Shown one piece after another: positions 43,709-54,113 of a stretch of DNA of 64,000 bases. How positions within the stretch are numbered: position 1 is the first letter of the stretch; every line of letters starts with the position of its first letter. The translations under genes were made by a program, and so were the position numbers. The notes beneath the pieces are model-generated. The model saw only the letters and a list, made by a program, of their open reading frames with translations, ran no database searches and was not told the origin of the DNA. Origin of the DNA: Streptomyces sp. ICBB 8177 (GTDB lineage Bacteria; Actinomycetota; Actinomycetes; Streptomycetales; Streptomycetaceae); NCBI RefSeq assembly GCF_003144095.1, contig NZ_NSKH01000024.1, positions 201,198 to 265,197 on the forward strand, in the 5' to 3' direction.

Positions 43709-45184
43709 TCAGAACGCGAACGCCTCGGTGCGGATGCGGCGCGCGGGCACGCCGGCCCGGCGCAGTTCGGCTCGTACGAACGCGGTCCAGCCGGCCGGAC
43801 CGCACAGGTAGACGTCGCGCTCGGCCAGAGCGGGGACCATCGCGCGCAGGCGGTCGGCGCGCAGCGGGTCGTCGGCGGGACCGCCGCGCGGACCGACGAC
43901 GGCGAGCAGGCCGAACCCGCGGGCCTGCGCGATCCGGCGCAGCTCGGCGTGGAGCACGAGGTCCTCGGGCCGGGAGGCGCGCTGGACCAGCAGCACGCCG
44001 CCGTCCCCGCTGCCGCTGTCGTGCCGACCGTCGTGGTGACCGGGGCCACCCCGGGCCGCCGCGGGCAGCGTCTCGTACAGCGCGCGCAGCGGTGTGACAC
44101 CCGCGCCCGCCGCCAGCAGCAGCACGGGCCGCGCGGGCCGCGCCGTCGCCCCCCAGCGCCGCCGCGCGGTGAACGCGCCGTACGGGCCCTCGAACCACAC
44201 CCGCGTGCCCGGCCGCAGCCGCGCCACGGCCCCGCTCGCGTCGCCGAGCGCCTTCACGGTGATCCGCAGGGCGTCCGGCGTGGGCGCGGCCGACAGCGAG
44301 TACGGGTGCGACTGCCACCACTGGCCGCGGGCGAGGAAGCGCCACCGCAGGAACTGCCCGGCTCGCGCCCCCAGCCGGTCCAGGTCGCGCCCGGTGAGGT
44401 GGACGGAGACCACGCCCGGCCCCTCGGCCACCACCGCGGCCACCCGCACGCCGTGCCGCAGCGAGCGGTACAGCGGCAGCCCGAGGCGGAAGACCACGAC
44501 GGCGGCGCCCACCACGACGTGCGCGGCCGACCACAGCAGGCGGTTGCGCGGGGAGGCGGAGAACTCCGTGCCGACCGCGAACTCGTGGGAGAACGCCAGC
44601 GCGATCGCCACGTACGCGAGCAGGTGGACGTGGTACCAGGACTCGTAGGCGACCCTGCGCCGTATCGCGCGCGCGGAGACCACGCCGATCAGGCCCAGCA
44701 GCCCGAGCGAGACCGCCGCGAGCCACACGTCGGTGTAGCCGGTCACGACCGCCCAGGTCTCGGTCAGCGGGTCGGTGTGCCCCTGCCAGGCGTAGCCGCA
44801 GACGATCAGGACGGCGTGCGCGAAGGCCAGGGCGACGGTGTACTCCCCGAGCGCGCGGTGCAGCCGGGCCACGGTGTCCGAGCCGATCCGGTTCTCCAGC
44901 CACGGCACGCGGGCCATCAGGGCGACCAGGACCAGCAGGAGGTAGGCGGCGAGCAGTCCGGCGATCCGCCCGGCGGCGCTCAGGTCGGCCGCCGGGGAGT
45001 CCAGCGAGCCGGGGATGGTGTTCTGCCACCACACGAACGCGACCGGCAGTGCCCCCGCGACGATCACGGCCGTCAGCACGACTGGCATGGGCTCGCGGTG
45101 CGGGGCGGGGCGCGAGGGTGCGGCCCGGCGCCGGGCGGGCCGGGGGGCCGGGCGAGGGCGCAGGACCGGCGGGTTGGCGCTCAT
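43709..45184 (-). CDS. Ferric reductase-like transmembrane protein with FAD/NAD-binding domains
   Basis: Six TM helices with conserved His pairs, then HPYSLS FAD-binding motif and a GAGVTP NAD(P)-binding motif. Confidence 0.75.
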   Translation of the reverse strand: MSANPPVLRPRPAPRPARRRAAPSRPAPHREPMPVVLTAVIVAGALPVAFVWWQNTIPGSLDSPAADLSAAGRIAGLLAAYLLLVLVALMARVPWLENRIGSDTVARLHRALGEYTVALAFAHAVLIVCGYAWQGHTDPLTETWAVVTGYTDVWLAAVSLGLLGLIGVVSARAIRRRVAYESWYHVHLLAYVAIALAFSHEFAVGTEFSASPRNRLLWSAAHVVVGAAVVVFRLGLPLYRSLRHGVRVAAVVAEGPGVVSVHLTGRDLDRLGARAGQFLRWRFLARGQWWQSHPYSLSAAPTPDALRITVKALGDASGAVARLRPGTRVWFEGPYGAFTARRRWGATARPARPVLLLAAGAGVTPLRALYETLPAAARGGPGHHDGRHDSGSGDGGVLLVQRASRPEDLVLHAELRRIAQARGFGLLAVVGPRGGPADDPLRADRLRAMVPALAERDVYLCGPAGWTAFVRAELRRAGVPARRIRTEAFAF

Positions 45185-45978
45185 CACGCCACCTCGGGCC
45201 GCGCCACGTCGGCGCGGGAGACGGCGAGGTGGACCACGAACGCGACGATCGCCACGGCCCAGGCGAGGCTCACCGGCCCGGTGCCCCAGCCCAGCCCGCC
45301 GCGTGAGGTGGACACCGCCATCCAGTCGGCGAACGAGGCGCCCAGCGGCCGGGTGACGACGTAGGCGGACCAGAAGGCGGCGACCGGGCCCAGCCCGAGC
45401 CGCCGGTGCGCGAGCGCGGGCACCGCGATGACGGCGGCGAACAGGACGCCGGAGGACAGGTAGCCCAGGTGCAGCGTGGTGGCGGTCAGGTCACCGGTGG
45501 CGGTGCCGAGCGCGAAGGTGGTGACGACGGTGGCCCAGTAGAACGCCTCCCGGCGCGGGGTGCGCACGCTGTGGACGGACAACGTGCGCTCGCTGGCGTA
45601 CCACAGCGCCAGGACACCGACGAGCACGAGGGCGAACCCGCAGGTCGACGCCGCGTACGGGACGCCGAGGGCGACGTGCAGGGTGTCGGCGGCCATGGTG
45701 CCGAAGACGCTGACCATGACGACGGCCGTCCAGTACACCGCCGCGATGTAGCGCCGCACGCGGAACTGCACCGCGAGCGCGACGGCGAACGCCACGCCCC
45801 CGATGCCGACGGCGAGCACGGGATCCATGTGCTGGGCGAGGAAGTCGGAGGTGGCCTCCCCCATGCCGGTGGTCAGCACCTTGGTCACCCAGAAGGCGAC
45901 GGTCACCTCGGGCACCTTGCTGAGCGCCCCGGCGGCCACGGCGCCACCACCCCGCAGCCGCGGTTCCTCCACCACCCG
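45184..45978 (-). CDS. COG4705-like uncharacterized membrane protein
   Basis: LSKVPEVTVAFWVTKVLTTGMGE... with multiple TM helices. GTG start is approximate. Stop overlaps the ferric reductase start. Confidence 0.5.
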   Translation of the reverse strand, partial: RVVEEPRLRGGGAVAAGALSKVPEVTVAFWVTKVLTTGMGEATSDFLAQHMDPVLAVGIGGVAFAVALAVQFRVRRYIAAVYWTAVVMVSVFGTMAADTLHVALGVPYAASTCGFALVLVGVLALWYASERTLSVHSVRTPRREAFYWATVVTTFALGTATGDLTATTLHLGYLSSGVLFAAVIAVPALAHRRLGLGPVAAFWSAYVVTRPLGASFADWMAVSTSRGGLGWGTGPVSLAWAVAIVAFVVHLAVSRADVARPEVA

Positions 45979-46335
45979 AGCACCCACGGTCCGCACCACC
46001 CTTTCCCACGACACATGGCACACGACAGTGGTGGGAGTCTGCCGACCCCGGCCTAACACCCGCGTAACGCGACATGAGCACGCCACGGGGGCGGCCTCCT
46101 TCAGGCGCGGGACGGGGATCGCCCTCAGCTCCCGTCCTCCGACTCCTCGACGATGGGCCGCAGGGCCTGTCGCACCGCGTCGAGTGCGCCCTCGGAGTCC
46201 CTGGTGACGGCCGTGCGGCCCGGGCCCGTTCCGCCCACCGCGAGCGGGGCGGCGTGGCGTCATCCCGTCATCGGTGGCGGTGCGTGCGGGGGGCGGTGAA
46301 CGTCGGGGGGCGTCAGCGGTTGGGAAGGGGTCACT

Positions 46336-46695
46336 TCACGAGCTGCCGCCGGAGTCATGGGCGATCTTCTGAGCGGCGAACGGCATGTTCGGCCCCTGCC
46401 TCCTGGTGTGCCACCACTCCATGACGTTTTCCCTGACCATGAGGGCGAACCACTCGAGCGCGGCACGCGGCGCCCCGTCGAGGGCCGACCGGTGGTCGGC
46501 CTCTTCGAAGGACAACGTCACCTTCCACGTCTCGTCACCCTTGGCCCGCGAGACGACCACGACCCCGACCAGCACGAGTCGTCCGTTCCTGAAGTCGAAC
46601 TCGATCTCACGAAAGCTGATCCTCGGATCCCCGAGGGTTCCTCCGAAGGGCTCTTCAAGGACGTCCCGCAACTCGGATGAGACTCCGATCGCCAT
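46336..46695 (-). CDS. Hypothetical protein
   Basis: Coherent, non-low-complexity translation (MAIGVSSELRDVLEEPFGGTLGDPRISFREIEFDF...) downstream of the GT2 gene. Confidence 0.4.
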   Translation of the reverse strand: MAIGVSSELRDVLEEPFGGTLGDPRISFREIEFDFRNGRLVLVGVVVVSRAKGDETWKVTLSFEEADHRSALDGAPRAALEWFALMVRENVMEWWHTRRQGPNMPFAAQKIAHDSGGSS

Positions 46696-46826
46696 GAGGG
46701 CCGCCTGGCGATCAGGTGCCGTACCGGAAGGTCGCGGTGACCGGCCAACTCCGGCCCGCACACGCGGGAGAGGCGGTCCGCACACCGAGGCCGGGGCTCC
46801 CGCCCGCGCGGCTGGCGCCGGTCTTC

Positions 46827-47669
46827 TCACCGCTCCCGCAGGGCCGATCGCCTCATGCCAGGGGAATCCTGGTCGGGGATCCGGCTCAGCGGCGTGAATG
46901 CGGCGGTGCCGGAGCGCACGAGGGCTTCCGTGCCCGTCCACATCCGCAGGGCCTCCGCGCGCTCCCTGATCAGCGACATCCGCGCTTCCCACTCCGTCCC
47001 GCCCGTGTGATCGGGGTGCGCGGTGATCTGACCGCCGTGCTTGCGGTACAGCAGTCCCGTCTCGCCGATGAACCAGCCGTCCGCCAGCGAGTCCAGACCC
47101 ATCAGCAGCCCCGTGTCGCCCGAGGCGGGCAGCGCCATCCACCCGCCCAGCAACGCCATCAGCGAGCGCCGCACGCACAACGTCGCCGGGTGCACCTGCG
47201 GGCGCCGGCGTTCCTTCCAGAAGCGGAAGGCGCTGCCTCGACGCAGCCGCCCGGGGTGCGGATCGCTCCCCTCGAACGAGACCGTGCTGCCGTCCTCGAG
47301 GAGGTCGACCACACGGCTGGTGGTCCAGCCCACCGACGGGTGCTCCCGGAGTACCGCGACATCGCGGGCCAGCGCTCCCGGGGTCAGGCGGTCGTCCGCG
47401 TCCAGCGTCTTCACGTACGAGCCGGCCGACCGCGCGAACGCCATCGTGCGCGCCACGTGCGGGCCACCGGCCCGCGACGCAGAGATCCGGATGCGCCCGT
47501 CGTCGGTGGGAAGCCGGACGGCCGCGCCCACGCCCGCGCCGTCCTCCTGGACACACCATTCCCACGACCACCCCTCGGGCAACTCCTGGGCGAGCAGGGA
47601 GGCGTAGGCCTCGGGAAGGAAGCGCACCGCGTCCGCGTGTACGGGCGTCACGACCGATATGACGTTCAT
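46827..47669 (-). CDS. Glycosyltransferase family 2
   Basis: ISVVTPV...N-terminal GT-A motif and DADD (DxD) motif. Confidence 0.7.
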   Translation of the reverse strand: MNVISVVTPVHADAVRFLPEAYASLLAQELPEGWSWEWCVQEDGAGVGAAVRLPTDDGRIRISASRAGGPHVARTMAFARSAGSYVKTLDADDRLTPGALARDVAVLREHPSVGWTTSRVVDLLEDGSTVSFEGSDPHPGRLRRGSAFRFWKERRRPQVHPATLCVRRSLMALLGGWMALPASGDTGLLMGLDSLADGWFIGETGLLYRKHGGQITAHPDHTGGTEWEARMSLIRERAEALRMWTGTEALVRSGTAAFTPLSRIPDQDSPGMRRSALRER

Positions 47670-47896
47670 GCAGACCTTTCGTGGCTGGTTCGGCGCCGCC
47701 GCCCCGATGCGAACCCACCCACGGCTCGGGGTGACCGCGGGAGACCGGACGGCGCGAGGGTCCCCTAGATCATCCAGGCCGAGGGGATCACATCGCACGG
47801 CAATAACGCCCAGCCGGCCGGCAGCCCCCGAAGCGGCCGCGGAGCGATCCCGGGAGCGTCCGCGCCGGCCCGCACCACCTCCGGGCCGGCGTTTCC

Positions 47897-48607
47897 TCAC
47901 TCCAACTCGCGCAAATAGGCTTCCAGTTCCGCGGCTCCCGCCAGCATCGCCCGCCCCCGGGCGGCCAGCCGTGCCCGCCAGTCGTTCAGCGCGGACCCCA
48001 GCGGCTCCAGGCCTCCGGCCGCGCGCACCTGGGCGATCAGCGGGGCGATCCGCCCCAACGGGTAACCACCGCGCCTGAGTTGGTGGGCCAGCATCGCGTC
48101 CCTTACGTCGGACGCGTCGTAGACGCGGTAACCGGTCGCGGGGTCGCGGCGCGGGGTGAGCAGGCCCGCGCGTTCCCACTTGCGGAGCGTCGCGGGACGG
48201 ATCCCCAGTCTTGCGGACAGCGGACCGATGAACGTGCGGCCGGGGTCCGGCGTCGCGGGCTCCAGGCCGCGGAGGGCGTGCTCCACGGCCCGGAGGGTCC
48301 CGCGGTCCTCCAGCAACTGCGCGTGGCTCTCGTCGATCAGGCGGAACGCCTCGTCGGCCTCGCCCTCGTTCACCGCCCGCATGACCGCCGTCGCCGCCCG
48401 GTGGCCGTGGCCCGGCAGCAGGGCGAGGAACGCCCGCAGCGCCGCCGCGTGCAGCGGCGTGTAGGTGCGGTAACCGTGGGATGTGCGCTCCGAGGCCGGA
48501 AGGATGCCGGACTCCTCGTAGTTCCTGACCGCCTGCGTGGACAGGCCGTGCCCGCGTGCCAGGTCGACCGGCCTGAGGCGACCGCCCCTTTGAGACTTTC
48601 GCTGCAT
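47897..48607 (-). CDS. MerR-family transcriptional regulator (two HTH_MerR-like repeats)
   Basis: LRPVDLARGHGLSTQAVRNYEESGIL and a second IRPATLRKWERAGLL HTH. Confidence 0.7.
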   Translation of the reverse strand: MQRKSQRGGRLRPVDLARGHGLSTQAVRNYEESGILPASERTSHGYRTYTPLHAAALRAFLALLPGHGHRAATAVMRAVNEGEADEAFRLIDESHAQLLEDRGTLRAVEHALRGLEPATPDPGRTFIGPLSARLGIRPATLRKWERAGLLTPRRDPATGYRVYDASDVRDAMLAHQLRRGGYPLGRIAPLIAQVRAAGGLEPLGSALNDWRARLAARGRAMLAGAAELEAYLRELE

Positions 48608-48666
48608 GTACCCGCTGATGTCGTGTGGAAGCTTCCACCGGAAGTTCAACGATACCGTTGACGGGC

Positions 48667-49875
48667 ATGGCGAACGACATCAAGCACACCCTTCACTCCG
48701 TCGAGGCCTCCGCCGTCATGGGACTGCTTCCGGCCCGTCCGCGGCTGCTCGCGCTCGGCGAGCCGACCCACGGCGAGGACGCGCTGCTCCGCCTGCGCAA
48801 CGAACTCTTCCGGGAACTGGTCGAGAAGGAGGGCTACCACACCATCGCGATCGAGACCGACTGCATGAGGGGCCTGGCCGTGGACGAGTACGTCACCTCG
48901 GGCACGGGCGGCGGCACCCTGGACGACGTCATGGAACGGGGCTTCAGCCACGACTGGGGCGCCCACGCGGCCAACCGCGAACTCGTGTGCTGGATGCGCG
49001 AGTACAACGACGGCCGACCCGCCGCCGAACGGCTCCACTTCGCCGGGTTCGACGGCCCGTTGGAGTTCACCGGCGCCGCGAGCCCCCGGCAGGCTCTCAC
49101 CGCGCTCCACGGCTACCTCGCGGCGCATGTGGACGCCGGCCTGCTGCCCTGCACCGCGGAAACGCTCGACGCCGTGACCGGAGCCGACGAACGGTGGACC
49201 GACCCCGCCGCGATGACGGACCCGGCGCGGTCCGTGGGGCGATCGGCGCAGGCCCGTGAACTGCGGTCGCTCGCTGACGACTTGACGGCGCTGCTCGAAA
49301 CGCAGGCGCCCCACCTGTGCGCGACGACGTCACCGGACGACGTGGACCGCGCCCGCCTGTACGGGCGCACCGCGACCGGCCTGCTGCGCTACCACCACGG
49401 GATGGCCGACACCTCACCATCCCGCATGAGCCGGCTGGGCGCGCTGCGGGACCTGATGATGGCCGGCAACCTCCTCGCCCTCGCCGAACGGGGACCGGTG
49501 CTGGCCCACGCCCACAACGCCCACCTCCAGCGGGAGAAGAGCACGGTGCGGATGTGGGAAGAGAGGGTGGAGTGGTGGGGCGCCGGCGCGCTGGTCAGCG
49601 GCCGACTCGGCGCGGACTACGCGTTCGTGGCCACAGCCCTCGGCACGATCCGGCACCGGGGCGTGGACGTCCCGCCCCCGGACACCGTCGAGGGCCTGCT
49701 GTACGCGCTCGCGGAGGACCGCTGCGTCGTGGACGTCCAGCGGCTGGCCGCCGCCCTCACCACCGCACCGCCCGCACCGCGCGTGTCGCCCTGGTTCGGC
49801 TACGCACCCCTCGACCCGGCCCACCTGGCCGGCAGCGACGGCCTGGTGTTCGTCAAGGACGTCCCGCTGGTCTGA
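48667..49875 (+). CDS. Erythromycin esterase family protein
   Basis: LLALGEPTHGE...HTIAIETD pattern typical of the erythromycin esterase / EreA-like family. Confidence 0.7.
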   Translation: MANDIKHTLHSVEASAVMGLLPARPRLLALGEPTHGEDALLRLRNELFRELVEKEGYHTIAIETDCMRGLAVDEYVTSGTGGGTLDDVMERGFSHDWGAHAANRELVCWMREYNDGRPAAERLHFAGFDGPLEFTGAASPRQALTALHGYLAAHVDAGLLPCTAETLDAVTGADERWTDPAAMTDPARSVGRSAQARELRSLADDLTALLETQAPHLCATTSPDDVDRARLYGRTATGLLRYHHGMADTSPSRMSRLGALRDLMMAGNLLALAERGPVLAHAHNAHLQREKSTVRMWEERVEWWGAGALVSGRLGADYAFVATALGTIRHRGVDVPPPDTVEGLLYALAEDRCVVDVQRLAAALTTAPPAPRVSPWFGYAPLDPAHLAGSDGLVFVKDVPLV

Positions 49876-49997
49876 ACGCCACGCGGGGCGACTCTCCCCA
49901 CCCGGCTGAAGGCCCCGGCCATCGAGCTCGGGTTCCAGTGGTCGGGGCGTTCACCGCACCGGACTTCCCGACGGTGTCGTCAACTGGGGCTGCCCGG

Positions 49998-50579
49998 TCA
50001 GTGCAACTGCGCGGCCGCCGCGCGCAGTTCCTCGAACGCGGCGCGCGTGTGGGGCGCCAGTTCGCCCGGGTCCTCGTCGCGGGCGGGGTCGGCCCAGCGG
50101 GCGTAGCCGAGCTTGAACGCGAGCACGCCCAGCTCCGCGGCCACCTGGGCCGTGGGTTCCGCGACGCCGCGCCGCCTCAGGGCGTCGACCATCGCCGCGG
50201 CCATGCCGATGCTCTTCAGTGCCTCGCGATTGCGCAGTTCCTCGTTCGCCTCGATCGCCGCGCGCAGCAGCGGCCCGAGGTCGCGGTTGAACGACGTCAT
50301 CTCACCCGACGCGCGCTCCAGGCCGGCCGCGACGGCCGTCATCGGCGACGCGTCCGCCGGAGCGTCGGCGATGCCCTCCGCCAGCAGGCGGCTGAGGACC
50401 TCCTGCCCGGCCGTGAGGATCTCCCGCTTGTCCGCGAAGTGGCGGAAGAACGTGCTGCGGGTCAGCCCGGCCCGCTCCGAGATCTGGGCGACCGTCGTGT
50501 CGTCGTAGCCCTGCTCGGCGAACAGGCCGAGCGCCGCCACGACCAGGCGCCGACGGGCATCCGGCTTCCATCTGGGCAT
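49998..50579 (-). CDS. TetR/AcrR-family transcriptional regulator
   Basis: N-terminal HTH TVAQISERAGLTRSTFFRHFADK. Divergent from the SDR gene. Confidence 0.85.
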   Translation of the reverse strand: MPRWKPDARRRLVVAALGLFAEQGYDDTTVAQISERAGLTRSTFFRHFADKREILTAGQEVLSRLLAEGIADAPADASPMTAVAAGLERASGEMTSFNRDLGPLLRAAIEANEELRNREALKSIGMAAAMVDALRRRGVAEPTAQVAAELGVLAFKLGYARWADPARDEDPGELAPHTRAAFEELRAAAAQLH

Positions 50580-50663
50580 ACGACCAGCCTATCCGATGCG
50601 ACATGTGTCCCATCGCGGTGTACGGTGATGAGACACATGTCGCATCAGTATGGGGAGTCCGTC

Positions 50664-51545
50664 ATGCGCGTCTTCATCACCGGCGGAACGGGCCTGATCG
50701 GCTCGGCCGTCGTCGCCGAACTGCTCACCGCGGGACATTCCGTCACCGCCCTCGCCCGTTCCGACACCTCCGCCGCACACGCCAGGGCCGCCGGCGCCGA
50801 CGTGCTGCGCGGCGGCCTCGCCGACCTCGCGGTCCTGCGCACCGGCGCGGAGCAGGCGGACGGCGTCATCCACCTCGCCTTCAGCAACGACTTCAGCTCA
50901 CCCGAGTCGCTCGCGCGCGGCATCGAGGAAGAGGGCGCCGCGCTGGCAGCGGTCGGCGAGGTCCTCGCCGGCACGGACCGGCCGCTCGTCACCGTGTCGG
51001 GCACGCCCTGGGTCGCGGGGCGCGCGTCGACCGAGGCCGACCCGCTGCCGACCGAGGGTCCCGTCGCGGGCCGCAGCCGTTCCGTGACCCGTACGCTCGA
51101 ACTCGCCGCGCGGGGCGTGCGCACCTGCGCCGTACGGATGCCGCGCACGGTCCACAACGAGGGCCGTGGCGGGTTCGCCGGGCTGCTCACCGACATCGCC
51201 CGCCGCACCGGCACCGCCGGCTACCCCGGCGACGGCACGCAGCGCTGGCCCGCCGTCCACGCGCTCGACGCCGCCGTGCTGTTCCGGCTCGCCCTGGAGA
51301 AGGCTCCGGCCGGAAGCGCGTGGCACGCCGTCGCCGACGAGGGGGACGCGGTGCGCGACATCGCCGCGGTCATCGGGCGGCGGCTCGGGCTGCCCGTCGC
51401 GTCGGTCCCGACGGAGAGCTTCGGCGCCCTCGGCCCGGTCTTCGCGGCCGACCAGCCCGCGTCCAGCGCCCACACACGCGCCGCGCTCGACTGGAAGCCG
51501 ACCCACCCGAGCCTGCTGGAGGACCTGGAGAAGATCGAGCCCTGA
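50664..51545 (+). CDS. NAD(P)-dependent oxidoreductase (SDR / NmrA-like family)
   Basis: MRVFITGGTGLIGSAVV Rossmann motif. GGGGAG RBS. Confidence 0.8.
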   Translation: MRVFITGGTGLIGSAVVAELLTAGHSVTALARSDTSAAHARAAGADVLRGGLADLAVLRTGAEQADGVIHLAFSNDFSSPESLARGIEEEGAALAAVGEVLAGTDRPLVTVSGTPWVAGRASTEADPLPTEGPVAGRSRSVTRTLELAARGVRTCAVRMPRTVHNEGRGGFAGLLTDIARRTGTAGYPGDGTQRWPAVHALDAAVLFRLALEKAPAGSAWHAVADEGDAVRDIAAVIGRRLGLPVASVPTESFGALGPVFAADQPASSAHTRAALDWKPTHPSLLEDLEKIEP

Positions 51546-51636
51546 GCGGCCGCGACGGGGGTCTGCCGACAGGACGTCGGTTGAACCGGGTGAGCGCTCC
51601 TCCCCGCCGGCCTCCAAGGCGTGCCGGTCATGCCGA

Positions 51637-51672
51637 ACGGCCCGGCGCGTGGGTGCGCGCCGGGCCGTTCAG
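51637..51672. terminator. Bidirectional hairpin terminator between convergent genes
   Basis: Perfect 15-bp stem GAACGGCCCGGCGCG/CGCGCCGGGCCGTTC with a 6-nt loop. Confidence 0.7.
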
Positions 51673-51703
51673 CGATTCAGCGTCTCCGGTGGGAGAACAC
51701 GGT

Positions 51704-53671
51704 TCAGTTGGTGATGTTCAGGTACTGCCAGGCACCGTTGTTGGTCGCGTTGACGTCGTCGCCGGACGAGCCCTGCACGTAGACGACGCGGATCCGGGCC
51801 TTGATGTTGGCCTGGCCCGCCGCGCCGAGGTTGATCTTCGCGTCCCCGGAGGGCGGAAGCGCGAAGTACTGGGAGTTCGTCGTCCGCCAGCTGCCCCCGG
51901 AGTAGACCTGGAAGTCCACGCGCTCCTTTCGGCCCGGGTAGTACATCATCGTGGTGTTGAAGACGGCGTCGCTGTTCTTGTGGAACCACGCGTACTCGGT
52001 GGAGCCGATCTTCGCGTTGCGGTACTGGCCGGACAGGCTGCCGGACTCCCACACGCGGGTGTAGACGGTGGACGTCACGGTGCGCGGCGCGGTGCGGTCG
52101 TCACCGGCGTAGACGGCGCTGAGGGTGGTGTTGCGGGTCAGCCGCAGGGACACCGACAGATTGCCGCTGGAGTTGACCGTGCCGGACTTCAGCTCCGTGT
52201 TCGGCTTGTCACCGCCGTACGGGTTGGCCCAGATCTGCACGACCTTGTTCTTGTACTCCGACCCCAGGTGCGCGGTGAACGTCACCGTGGTGCCGTAGCC
52301 GTACTGCTGGTTGTTGTCGTTGAGCGTCAGCGACGGCGTGGTGCGCGAGACGGCCACCTTCGCGGACGTGCTCACAGCGGCCAGCGCGCCGCTGCCCGCG
52401 TACGACACCGTGTAGGTGACGGTGCCGCCGGCGGGCGGGGTGTCCGTGAAGGAGTACGTGCCGTCCGAGTTGACGGTCACCGGGGCCAGCGCCTTGCCCT
52501 GCGGGCTGTCCAGGTCGGTGCGGGTGACCGCCAGTCGGGTCCCGGCGGGCAGGGCGGTGGCCGCCGAGAGCTTGCCCTTGACGGTCAGGGCCTTGCCGCG
52601 CGTGGCGGAGGAGGGCGCGGAGGCGGTCAGGGTCGGGACGGTCTTCGTCGGGTCGGTGAGCACGCGCAGGGTGAACGGGCCGCCCTCCTGGCCCTCCAGC
52701 GCGTAGATCCGCGACTCGTCCGGCGCCCAGGCCAGGGACGGGGTGACCGGCGAGGCGGCGTAGGAGCGCAGCGGCACGGACGCGGCCGGCCGGTAGACCG
52801 AGATCTCGCCGCCGGCGACCTGCGCGACCGTGCCGTCCGGCGCGACGGCGGCGGACTGCCCCTGCGGGTAGCTGCCGTCGGGGGTGAACTTCCCGTTCGC
52901 GTAGGCGTCCCGGTTCGTGCCGTTGATCAGGACCTGCGTGCCGCCGGGCACCAGCTGGATGTCGTCGATGCCGTTGTTGAGCGAGTAGTCGCCGAAGTGG
53001 AACGCGACCACCTTCGGGGTGCCGCTGGAGACGTCGAGGACGCCCTCGGAGTCCGTGGACATGCCGCTGTCGGCCATCGCGATCACGCCGGGCTCGGCCG
53101 GGTTGGTGCTCATCAGGGCCGGATTCCAGAACCCCTGGTTCGGGTACGGGTCCGTGAACTGGCCCATCGTCACGGCCGTCGGGTCCGACGGGTCCTTGGC
53201 CGGGTCGACAGACCCGAGGTTGCTGTCCCACTGGTCGCCGTAGGTGAACCACACCTTGCCACCGGAGAACGCCACGTACTGCGGTCCCTTGGTGGTGGGA
53301 ACGACGTACCGAGCGGTCACCGTCAGGGTCTTGGCGTCGATGGCCACGATCTCGTTGCCGCCGAACGCCGCGGCGTAGACCGTGGAGCCGTCGTCGGAGA
53401 CGGCCAGCGAGGTCACGCCGGTGATGCCGGGCACCGTGCCGATGAGGTTGCCCGAGGTGTCGGCCGCCTCGACGCTGTTGTTGGCCTCGTCGCCCACGAA
53501 GACCCGGCCCAGCGGCGCGTCGACCGCCAGACCGCCGTCCCGCGTGACCGTCACCGCGCTCGCCGCCGAGGCCGTGCCCGCGGCCGAGGCGGTCAGGACC
53601 GACGCGCCCATCGCGACCGCCACCATGGCAGCGGAGACCGTGCGTCTGCGCGCCCGTGTTGTGTTCTTCAT
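51704..53671 (-). CDS. Secreted protein with beta-propeller (YVTN/NHL-like) and Ig-like domains
   Basis: Signal peptide (MKNTTRARRRTVSAAMVAVAMGASVLTASAAG), repeated beta-strand-rich units, and a Thr/Ser-rich C-terminal beta-sandwich region. Confidence 0.6.
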   Translation of the reverse strand: MKNTTRARRRTVSAAMVAVAMGASVLTASAAGTASAASAVTVTRDGGLAVDAPLGRVFVGDEANNSVEAADTSGNLIGTVPGITGVTSLAVSDDGSTVYAAAFGGNEIVAIDAKTLTVTARYVVPTTKGPQYVAFSGGKVWFTYGDQWDSNLGSVDPAKDPSDPTAVTMGQFTDPYPNQGFWNPALMSTNPAEPGVIAMADSGMSTDSEGVLDVSSGTPKVVAFHFGDYSLNNGIDDIQLVPGGTQVLINGTNRDAYANGKFTPDGSYPQGQSAAVAPDGTVAQVAGGEISVYRPAASVPLRSYAASPVTPSLAWAPDESRIYALEGQEGGPFTLRVLTDPTKTVPTLTASAPSSATRGKALTVKGKLSAATALPAGTRLAVTRTDLDSPQGKALAPVTVNSDGTYSFTDTPPAGGTVTYTVSYAGSGALAAVSTSAKVAVSRTTPSLTLNDNNQQYGYGTTVTFTAHLGSEYKNKVVQIWANPYGGDKPNTELKSGTVNSSGNLSVSLRLTRNTTLSAVYAGDDRTAPRTVTSTVYTRVWESGSLSGQYRNAKIGSTEYAWFHKNSDAVFNTTMMYYPGRKERVDFQVYSGGSWRTTNSQYFALPPSGDAKINLGAAGQANIKARIRVVYVQGSSGDDVNATNNGAWQYLNITN

Positions 53672-54113
53672 GCTGTTGTCGAAACCCCCACATGGAATCC
53701 CGGTCTCCCGCCGGGAATCAGGGCTCCCACCTGCTCCGATCCGCGCCCGCCTCTTCGTCATGGCGTGGTCGCGATCCCCCCGGAACGGTGGTTGCTGACC
53801 GCAGCGTAGAACACGCCACGGACAGCGGACACACCGATATGCCACTGGAGCGGCGCCGCTCGTTCTCCCGGTGCGGAACACGGCGGCGAGGCGACGCGGC
53901 AGCGGTGAGGAACCGCCGCTGAAGGGGGAGGAGGAGGTCGAGCTCAGCCAAGGACGAGGGCGGGCGCGGGGGCGAGGGCGGGGGTCACGCAGCAGCGGGG
54001 TACTGGATTGCCCGGCGTCGGACGGGGCTGCGAAGCTCGGCCGCATGTTCTCACGCCGTCATCACCGCACGTCCTCCGCCCAGCCCGCCCGACCCGCCTT
54101 CGAAACCGCCGAA

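Noticed and set aside
50603-53809. 1068-aa plus-strand ORF
   Set aside because: Runs antisense through the SDR flank and the secreted beta-propeller gene. Arg/Gly-rich junk translation.
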